Assembly (NCBI GenBank): GCA_043228905.1
Contig: JBHGNT010000008.1
Span: forward strand, 12,214,001-12,278,000
DNA: 64,000 nucleotides
Source of the DNA: Azolla caroliniana
Taxonomy: Eukaryota > Plantae > Polypodiophyta
Direction of reading: 5' to 3'
Shown here piece by piece: positions 50,301 to 59,359 of this stretch. Within the stretch, counting starts at the first letter, position 1; each line of letters begins with the position of its first letter. Made by a program: the position numbers and the translations under genes. The notes under the pieces were generated by a model, which saw nothing but the letters and a program-made list of their open reading frames with translations, was not told where the DNA came from and searched no databases.

Positions 50301-50477
50301 TCCCCGTTGCAGGTCCAAAACAGCCCGAAGCACGTTGTTGGTGATGGCTTTGGGAGTTATACGTTTAGCCACACCTTGGGCATCTGGGTGCGCGGGGGCA
50401 TCGATGATCTTCAGGTAACCGCCCATTCCTCGTTCCTGGAGCCAGGCACGGGTTTCTGTTGAGGCGGTAAGAGGCAT
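47382..50477 (-). pseudogene. Gypsy H extra ORF (~1030 codons): globular N-terminus, Pro-rich linker, long coiled coil
   Basis: ORF-track pieces 49431-50546, 49182-49382, 48465-48968 and 47898-48395 share one frame, separated only by TAG/TGA codons. The frame runs on to TGA at 47382. Confidence 0.8.
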
Positions 50478-50990
50478 GGTGGAGATGGAGACGGGGTTCG
50501 ACTGTGTGGAAGCGTGAAGAAGAGTGATGAGGCGAGGGCGAGACACAGGAGGAACAACAAGAAGGGGAAGTCCAGCAGAGGGGTTATGAGAGCGAAAGAG
50601 GGCTTGAGAGCAAGAGAGTTTAGCATGATGAGGGCGAGACGGGGTTTCTGAGCTTGAGAGCGATGGAGATGGGGAGCGATAATGGTCTGTGCTGCGTTTT
50701 GGAAACGGTTTTAGTAACTTACTCCTAGGGTTTTGTGCCTAAAGCGAATCCTGAAGATTCTGAGTCGTGGGTGCCATAATAAGTGACTAGCACCACGTGT
50801 CCTGAAGGTGAGTGGGGTGCTTCTAGTGCTTTGCATGTGCTTAAATAGGTACTAATTGAGTGGTGGCGAGAGGTGCTCCTAAAATTGTGGGTGCCTAGGT
50901 GGGTGGTGTAGGTGTAGCTAATCAGTGGCTAAACTATGGTTAATCCTACCTACTACTACTTTTATTAATTTCAAGAAGGTGGGTGAGTCC

Positions 50991-52607
50991 TTATTCAAGG
51001 GGACACGTGGCGTCCTCCGTGGTGGTCTCCCGAGACTTGTTTGTGCCGTGTGGCTCGGTAAACGGGTTGGGTGGTGTAGTCCCTCGATATGGTCGAAGTC
51101 GGAAACCATTCGCCCAACTTTTGACAGTGTCGCCGGCGAGTGTGCCGAGCTGGAACGTCCCGTTGAACTCGTCGATAATCCAGAATGGACCGGTCCACCG
51201 AAATCTTAATTTTCCTGGCATTGACCCGAGTCGTGTTTGGAAAAGAAGAACTGGTTTGCCGATGGTGAGCTCCTTCTCTAGCCCGTGTCGATGTCGATCC
51301 ACGAAAGCCTTGCGTTGCCGTTGGCGTTGTTCGCGCTGGGCCATACTCTCTATCCTATCTTCGCCAAGTTCGAGGAGTTGTTCTAGCTCGGATTGCTCGG
51401 ATTGGGCCTCGGGGAGCCGTGCTTTGACTTGAACTCGGAGGCTCGGGACTTGGAACTCGACGGGCATTACGGCTTCTAACCCGAACGCCATTCGAAAGGG
51501 GGTCGATTGGATGCTTGTTTTGAAAGTCATACGATACGCCCACAACGCGCTCTGGAGTTTGTCATCCCAATCGGTCCTGTTTTCATTGATGATCTTCTTC
51601 AGTATGGTTTGGAGGATTTTATTGGTCGATTCTGCCAAGCCGTTCGCCTACGGGTAGTATGGTGTGCTTTTCTTGTGCACCACCGCGTAGTGGTGTGTAA
51701 GCTCACGTATTATATGATTGATGAAGTGCCCACCTTGGTCACTAACGAGCTCGATTGGGCATCCGTAACGGCACCAGAGGTGCTCGTACACGAATTTAGC
51801 CGTGGATGCCGCCGTGTTATCTCGGAGTGCCTTAGCCTCGACCCATTTGGTGCAGTAATCCGTGGCAACGATAATATACCTATTCCCTGTTTGGGCCGCG
51901 GGTGGTTTGAAAGGGCCTACAAAATCCAAACCCCATTTTTGAAATGGGTCCAACGGAAGAATCGGCTGGTGTGGCATCCGTGACTGTTCCATTGGTTGCC
52001 CCAGTCGTTGGCACAAATCGCACTGCCGGCAAAACTCGTGAGCGTCTTTCTTCGTTGTCGGCCACCACAATCCACTTTGCCAAACTTTCCTTGCCGTGGA
52101 ATCCCCGGCGTAGTGCCCCCCAGCTACTCCCTGGTGGGCTTCCTGAAGAACGACGTTCTTCTCGAATTGCCGAATCGCTTGGCGCCATATGCCGTCCGAG
52201 CCTTTGTGTTAGAGAATGTCCGAGACGAGGCAAAAATTCTAGCTACGCACTGCTAGGCGTTTTCTCGTGTCAAGGGTCATGTGCTCGGGAGGTACACCGG
52301 TAGTGAGAAAATGGGTCATCTCCATGATCCATTCATCTCCGTTATCGTCGGGTATAGTCGTCAGGTTAAATAGGCTGGCGTCTGGTAGCTCGTCGTACGT
52401 TGTTTTCGCCGGTTCTCCTGACTCAAGACGGCTCAAGTAGTCGGCGACGGCATGTTGTACCCTGGATCGATACTGAATCTGGAATTCAAACTCTTGTAGT
52501 AGGAGCATCCACCGAGCCAACCGTCCGGTAAGGGCTTGCTTATTGACCAAATAAAGAAGGGTCGAGTGATCCACGTGAAAGGTAAATTTTCGGCCCAAGA
52601 GGTAATG
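50991..52607 (-). pseudogene. Gypsy H RNase H C-term and integrase
   Basis: HYLLGRKFTFHVDH, CDLCQR, KWGLDFVGPF, VSDQGGHF, LWAYR, RWTGPF. Confidence 0.93.
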
Positions 52608-53159
52608 GGGTAAAAGCATGCGAGTGGAAACACTATTATAGCTAATTAGCTACTAAAATGGCCATAGCTAATTAGCTATTTGTTTAGCTAGTCTTTTTTG
52701 TGGGAAAATCAAATATTTGAAAAACTAATTTATGAAAAAACTCAAATATTTGAACTTCTGTTTCAGATGTATTGGAACTTGGGGAATAGCACCATCATCT
52801 AAGGTCGACTTCAATGTCATCAATTTCCTGTTTTGCCTAAGTCTGATTTTGAACGCAGATGGAGTACTCAGAGCACGAACTGAGACGTAGCTCCCGCAAC
52901 AGCAGAAAATCGACATTGCAGATTGAGAGCTACAACACAGAACCCGCTCGATCATCGTCCAGGTATGTTTCAGTTACAGAAACCCCAAACATTTGTTTTT
53001 TCTTTTTGACTACTGTCTGAACTTTGGTGCCGATTCATATTTCACCAAAATCGAATAGGGCGAAGTCCTTGGAGTCCCATACAAGGATGTCTCGCAAATC
53101 GGGGAGTAGCAACAGGTGTGTTTATATTACTTTTTTTGTGTTTAATCCTGTCTTTAGTG

Positions 53160-53640
53160 ATGATTGGGGTTTCTGATTGAAATTTCTGATTAGGGTTTTT
53201 GTTTATAAATTTCTGATTAGGGTTTGTGATTGAAATTTCTGATTAGGGTTTCTGATTGAAATTTCTGATTAGGGTTTTTTATTATAAATTTCTGATTAGA
53301 ATTTCTGAATAGGGTTTCTGGTTACAAATTTTGATTACAGATTAGAATTTCTTATTAGAATTTCTTAATAGGGTTTTTGTTTATAAATTTCTGTTTAGGA
53401 TTTCTGATTAGGGTTTGTGATTGAAATTTCTGATTAGGGTTTTTGATTATAAATTTCTGAATAAGGTTTCTGGTTACAAACTTCTGATTACAGATTTTGA
53501 TTAGGGTTTCTTCAAATTTCTGAATACAAATTATGATTAGGGTTTCTGATTTGCTAAGTTAAAGATTTTGCACCATTTTTGTTGTTGTTGATTGGGGTTT
53601 CTGATTCTCACATATTCTGATTTTGCACTATTTCTGATTT
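53160..53640. repeat. Telo-box-containing degenerate minisatellite (~26-27 bp, GATTAGGGTTTCTGATTGAAATTTCT)
   Basis: Many TTAGGGTTT copies, confined to the intron 53116-53657. Confidence 0.9.
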
Positions 53641-54989
53641 CTGAAATGATATTTCAGATGGCTCGTTCCTCCGTATACGAGAGTGCTAAACTTCGCAAAA
53701 TTTTGCGAGACAAAGGAGGACTTCCACAACACCTATGGTCTGTCACTCGAGGGTGTTGACCCTGCTGTCCTAAGTGATAAATTGATCAGTGATGTAGACT
53801 GGATGACAGTATATACAGTGCCAAGAGTCAAAGGCAAGGTCATGCTGAAGCATGTACGAGGCGACTTGTACGATGACTGCATGAGACTGCACCAGAAAGT
53901 TCATCAGGAGATCCCAGTCAACAATGAGTTGTCAGTTTCATTTGCTAGAGCATTTGCATATGAGTACTGCAAAACAACGAAGGAATCCAGAGACCCTGAA
54001 ATGTATAGGGTAGCTTGGGCAGTCTATGGTGAGTCATCGGTAAAAAGATGCCGAAAGATGGGGACCTTGGCACAAAAAATAGACAGATTTTGGAGCATGG
54101 CAGCTGTTGATGCAACTGCTGACTCCCAGCAAGACCGGGGGCATACACCACACCGACACCCAAGGAAAGCCAATGTCAATGATACAGGTGAGACATTGGT
54201 TAGCTATATGCTAAAAAATGTCCATGAAGCCTGTGAGACATTGGCATTTTTTAAGACTGATTTAGAGAAAGCCACAATGGCTTCTGCAATCGAGAGCAAA
54301 GTTACTTCCGCTGTTACAACAATTAGAAATAAGATTCAGGTAACTATTGTTTTGCTGGTATGTGATTGTGTTATAAATAACGGGTAAAATGTGCTAATCA
54401 AGCATTATCTGGAATAGGTTGCGCAACAGGAGCTTGAATTAGAGGGGCCACTGGATCCCCAACGTAAAATAGAACTGCAAATAGAGATCTAGGTTCTTTC
54501 AATGAACCTGGACCTTCTAGGTGTAAATACTGTTGCAGATTACAATTTGGATAAGCTTCAAGTAAGTTAACAATTCCTGAGCAAAGTTGGTGTATCTTTC
54601 AACAACAAGAATAATTAATCGGTAAATTTCTCTGTTGCGTTGAAGGAACAATACATTCATCAAGAATAGGTAGTTAGCTGCCTTAAGAAGCAGCTACATT
54701 TTGTGGAGGGAAAGGTAAGGACCAGACAGGATTTGGACCTGAACATTCTTGCTCCCTTACCAAATGAAGTAGAACCAGAAAATGATTTATTGACAGTTCA
54801 AGCACGTTGCATCGCTTGCGGGTTAGGTGTGGAGGACAAAACTGCGTCTTTGTTGGTTCACCTACAACCATGCAACCACACATACCATCTGCTTTGTTTT
54901 CAACATGCCTGTCGAATTGCTGCATTCTGTTTGGGAGATTGCAGTACAACTCTACCAAATGAGTGGAGAAAACTAACAGGTATACCATA

Positions 54990-56130
54990 CTGTAGCTAAT
55001 AAGCTTAGTCTTTTCTAATTAGCTATCCTACTAATTAGCTACTAGCAGCTAATGAGCTACTAGCTAATTAGCTATCCTAGTAGCTAATTAGCTATGGTAC
55101 TAGCTAATTAGCTAGTACCATAGTTGTGTAAAAAAGCTAATTAGCTATCCTACTAGCTAATTAGCTACTGGCAACTAATTAGCTATCCTAGTAACTAATT
55201 AGCTACTGCCATAGTTGTGTAAAGTAGCTAATAAGCTATCCTAGTAGCTAATTAGCTACTAACAACTAATTAGCTATCCTAGTAGCTAATTAGCTATGGT
55301 ACTAGCTAATTAGCTAGTACCATAGTTGTGTAAAAAAGCTAATTAGCTATCCTACTAGCTAATTAGCTACTGGCAACTAATTAGCTATCCTAGTAGCTAA
55401 TTAGCTACTGGCAACTAATTAGCTATCCTACTAGCTAATTAGCTATCATACTGCCATAGTTGTGTAAAGTAGCTAATAAGCTATCCTAGTAGCTAATTAG
55501 CTACTGGCAACTAATTAGCTATCCTACTAGCTAATTAGCTATCCTAGTAGCTAATTAGCTACTGGCAACTAATTAGCTATCCTACTAGCTAATTAGCTAC
55601 TGCCATAGTTGTGTAAAGTAGCTAATAAGCTATCCTAGTAGCTAATTAGCTATCCTAGTAGCTAATAAGCTATCCTAACTACTACATAGTTGAGAAAGTA
55701 GCTAATTAGCTTTCATTGTAGCTAATTAGCTATCCTACTAGCTAATTAGCTATCCTAGCTACTACCATAGTTAGTAAAGTAGCTAATTAGCTATCCTAGC
55801 TATTACCATAGTTAGTAAAGGAGCTAATTAGCTATCCTAGCTACTACCATAGTTGAGTAAAGTAGCTAATTAGCTATCCTAGCTACTACCATAGTTGAGT
55901 AAAGTAGCTAATTAATTAGCTATCCTAGCTACTACATAGTTGAGAAAGTAGCTAATTAGCTATCCTAGCTACTACCATAGTTGAGTAAAGTAGCTAATTA
56001 GCTACCATAGTAGCTAATTAGCTATCCTAGCTACTACCATACTAGCTAATTAGCTATCGTACTAGCTAATTAGCTATCCTAGCTTCTACCATAGTTTAGT
56101 AAAGTAGCTAATTAGCTATCTTAAATAGCT
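54990..56130. repeat. Palindromic TAGCTAATTAGCTA satellite filling an intron
   Basis: Dozens of AGCTAATTAGCT copies with higher-order units (CCATAGTTGTGTAAAGT, CTACTGGCAACT). Confidence 0.95.
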
Positions 56131-56851
56131 GCCATGTTATTGTAGAATCTTGTGGATTAAGGACGGCACATGATGTGTCTGGTGCTGATGATGCTGCAAC
56201 AGATGAGGATACTATTGCCAACATGGCTGAAAGTAAGAGTCCTGCTATCACATCTCTTTCAGATAAGCTCCACCCTATTCTTTTGAAACAGTGTACTGAA
56301 TTAGGCAACGATGTGAAATGCCATGAAATAGTGGAAACAACATGTAAAACTGAGGTTCACAACAACAATGTTTATGAACACTTGATGCAACATTTCTTCG
56401 AATCTCAAGACCTTGATTCCACCCCACCGAGCCCAACTACTGAAAATGTCCAAACAGATCCCTCTGTACTTGAAAAGCTAGTTCAAGAAACGGCTGATGT
56501 GCAATTAGCTGCTGAGGCGATGGGAAGGTTGTCGGAGGAGGATACACTTGCGCATTGGGTGAAAGAAGCAAGGCTAAATGGGGAACCAACCAAAAAAAGG
56601 CTGAAGAAGGGGCCACGATCGGGAACAAGACCAATTACTCGGTCAAGGGGCCCAGACGTAGTGGAGCGAAATACTGTTTAGTTGGATATGATTGTTAGCT
56701 TAGGAATTTTGCTAGGGTTTTATGAAGTTTTACTATCCTGTTGGACAAGTAAAACCTTAGATTGGTTGTTGCTTGATCCACATTATGTAATGGAACTCTA
56801 TGATGTTTTTCCAAGATAATTTGAAGAGTGTTGTTCTATGACTGAAACTCT

Positions 56852-57844
56852 TTGATGGTCAGGATATTGTTTTGTGAGACTGTTAGTTACTTTGTGAGTG
56901 TGAATATGTTGGTGTTTTCTGATGTTGCAGAGTCTAAAGGGTTTGATTCTATTGCTCGTAAGGCCAATGGCAGTGTGGATACTATTGATGTTGCGGCATG
57001 TTTAAAGGGCCCCATCTTGAAAGTAGATGTAGCAACTGACACAAGTGATCTGGTCACACAAGTTGATCAAGCATGTAGCACGGATGACTTGGTGTTGCAG
57101 GTAGATGCAGCATGTGATACCAGTGGACTGATATCGAGCATATTAGTAGCTACATGCATCGAGGTAATCCAAGGATTGATAACTAAGTCGACAAAACAAG
57201 AGCACCAGAATGTGAAGCCAGGCCCAACACAGTCGACTAGGGGTTTGAAGAGAAAAAGGACGCCAGTTGTGTCGGCCGAACCTGAGCTGATTGAGATTGA
57301 TCGTATCCTACCAGAAAATGGTGTAACAGCGGCTCAGTTTCAGGAATGGAAACCTAAACCACTAGAAGTCAAAAGAAGAGCCTTGATCTTGGAGCTTGAT
57401 AAAGTCTTGATGAGTGTGAGATATATGCAGCCAAGGAGGGACGCAAATCAGTTTCTAGAGTGGGCTGTGCAATACTTTGATTTGTTTATTTGGAGTGAAA
57501 AACCAAAATCAGATGTGTGGAAGTGTTTGGCAAGATTCTTCCCAAAATGGCGAAGTCGTTTTAAAGGTCAATGGGCACGAGAAAATTGTGAGCAAATGGA
57601 AGCTGCAAGATTCAAGAGACTTTCTGATTTTTGGGCTACTTGGCCTGAATATAATGCCGACAATACATTGATTTTGGATACAGAACATTTCTGGCACTAC
57701 TTCAATATTCGGAGATGCTGTCTCATTCTACCCGAGGAAATGCCTGAACAGTACATGTTGCAAACAGTGAGCTGCCAACTAAGTCCTTTATCGATGGATC
57801 ATTACATATTCCATAAAGTACTACCTTCTTTTCTTCATTGCTGA
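56852..57844 (+). CDS. Transposon cargo 2: FCP1/NIF-family HAD phosphatase-like protein (probably inactive, 3' truncated)
   Basis: LILELDKVL (cf. DxDxT/V motif), R..ANQFLEW..QYFDLFIWS, FKRLSDFW..WPEYNADNTLILD. Likely begins at acceptor TTGCAG (56930). Confidence 0.65.
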   Translation: MMVRILFCETVSYFVSVNMLVFSDVAESKGFDSIARKANGSVDTIDVAACLKGPILKVDVATDTSDLVTQVDQACSTDDLVLQVDAACDTSGLISSILVATCIEVIQGLITKSTKQEHQNVKPGPTQSTRGLKRKRTPVVSAEPELIEIDRILPENGVTAAQFQEWKPKPLEVKRRALILELDKVLMSVRYMQPRRDANQFLEWAVQYFDLFIWSEKPKSDVWKCLARFFPKWRSRFKGQWARENCEQMEAARFKRLSDFWATWPEYNADNTLILDTEHFWHYFNIRRCCLILPEEMPEQYMLQTVSCQLSPLSMDHYIFHKVLPSFLHC

Positions 57845-58102
57845 TGTGCTTGGTTTGAACATTGAAATAGTCTACAACCTTTCTCTCTATGATGGTAGTC
57901 GCATTACTTACATTCTCAGCTAAACTATCCTTACCTTTACTGAGTGTGGCTTTCGTATCCTTCAACTATTGACGATGTTTCCTTTTTTTTCTGCCCAATA
58001 GTTTCGTATGGCTTGTTGTGTCCTGATAGCATCATCCCTATCCTTATGATCATTGAGGGGTAATTCTAAACACCCTTCTTCCCCTTCCATTTGGCTGGAC
58101 AT
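57780..58102 (-). pseudogene. Truncated inward-facing gene start, possibly the transposase N-terminus
   Basis: ATG at 58102 just after an AG acceptor. MSSQMEGEEG...IRNYWAEKK(R)KHR...LKDTKATL..., with a frameshift in an A8 run. Collides with cargo 2. Confidence 0.35.
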
Positions 58103-58434
58103 GTTGAAAACCTAAATTTCCATTAAAAAAAACAAGTATTAAAGATGGCTATGGGCAACAACAATACACAAAAATATTCCACAATACACAAGATTAGACA
58201 CAACGATACACAAGATAATCAATAGACACAAAAGTTATTGCAATCCAAGACCGAATAGTAGAGGATTTCACTCCGTTCGATCGAACAGTTGAGGAGGCGA
58301 TCCAAGACCGACCAATGGCGACAACTGAGTGTAGAATGTTGCCGTTGGATGAGTGAACTCCGTCAAATCGAAATGTGGAAGCAATCCGGGACTGGACAGT
58401 AGCGGCAACTGAGTATAGAATGATGGCAATGGAG

Positions 58435-59007
58435 GAGAGAACCCCGTCAGATTGAACAGTTACCGATGATGCTTGGAACGCACATAGAAGGCACCTGAGA
58501 GTAGAGTGGCACAGAGAAGAGAACCCCGTCAGATTGAGCAGTTACCAATGATGCTTGGAACGCACAGTAGCGGCCCCTGAGTGAGAGTGGCAAAGAGAAG
58601 AGAACCCCGTCAGATTGAATAGCTCTTTGATGATGCTTGGAACGCACAGTAGCGGCCCCTGAGTGTGGAGTGGCGAAGAGAAGAGAACCCCGTCAGATTG
58701 AACAGCTCTTTGATGATGCTTGGAACGCACAGTAGCGGCCCCTGAGTGTAGAGTGGCACAGAGAAGAGAACCCCGTCAGATTGAACAGCTCTTTGATGAT
58801 GCTTGGAACGCACAGTAGTGGCCCTTGAGTGTAGAGTGGCACAGAGAAGAGAATCCCGTAAGATTGAACAGCTCTTTGATGATGCTTGGAATGCACAGTA
58901 GTGGCCCCTGAGTGTAGAGTGTCACAGAGAAGAGAACCCCGTCAGATTGAGCAGCTCTTTGATGATGCTTGGAACGCACAGTAGTGGCCCCTCAGTGTAG
59001 AGTGGCG
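58435..59007. repeat. 83-bp tandem repeat, ~7 copies, subterminal in the transposon
   Basis: GAGAAGAGAACCCCGTCAGATTGAACAGCTCTTTGATGATGCTTGGAACGCACAGTAGCGGCCCCTGAGTGTAGAGTGGCACA; decayed copies extend back to ~58260. Confidence 0.95.
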
Positions 59008-59359
59008 GCAGGTGGACTCGATAGGGTTTAGCAACAGTGGTAGCAACTAACCCACAATACTCAACTAGAGATGGCCTATGTGATGTGGCAAAGGATCATG
59101 CATAATGGACCTAGGAATTCGATATATAATTTATGGTACACATTTATGGTGCACACATCAATTTATGTTGCACATTTATGGCACTCATTTACATATGTAA
59201 TTAAAACACTCTAGTATTTTCAATGATAGTTTTTTGCATACTTAATTTATTAATGATGGCTTTTTACTAAAATGACTATTTATCAATGGTAGCTTTTTGC
59301 ATAGCTAATTAGCTATGTCAAGGACATAGCTAATTGTTTCCACTCGCATGCTTTCACCC

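Larger units (their letters stand above)
53087..56681 (+). pseudogene. Transposon cargo gene 1: unknown N-terminal domain + coiled coil + RING-H2-like finger + acidic/basic tail (~575 aa, two TAG stops)
   Basis: Phase-compatible GT-AG exons 53087-53115, 53658-54339, 54418-54561, 54646-54979, 56146-56681. CIAC-x17-CNHTYHLLC-x10-CLGDC...LPNEW. Confidence 0.75.
52608..59359. mobile_element. Non-autonomous TIR DNA transposon with cargo genes (Sola2-like termini)
   Basis: 25-bp TIRs GGGT(A/G)AAAGCATGCGAGTGGAAACA at 52608-52632 and 59335-59359. 4-bp TSD AATG. Excision restores Gypsy RNase H QFRH|YLLG. Superfamily assignment tentative. Confidence 0.9.

Noticed and set aside
54418-54680. In-frame TAG codons as RNA-editing or readthrough sites
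   Set aside because: CAG-to-TAG decay is pervasive in all TEs here and is explained by methyl-cytosine deamination; plant U-to-C editing is organellar.
58435-59007. 83-bp array (and the 54-bp array at 20117) as a CRISPR-like locus
   Set aside because: Units are contiguous with no unique spacers, there are no cas genes, and the context is eukaryotic TE.
52608-59359. Classifying the TIR element as CACTA, PIF/Harbinger, MULE or hAT
   Set aside because: Ends are GGG, TIR symmetry gives a 4-bp AATG TSD (a 3-bp reading would be AAT, not TWA), and no 8-9-bp duplication exists.
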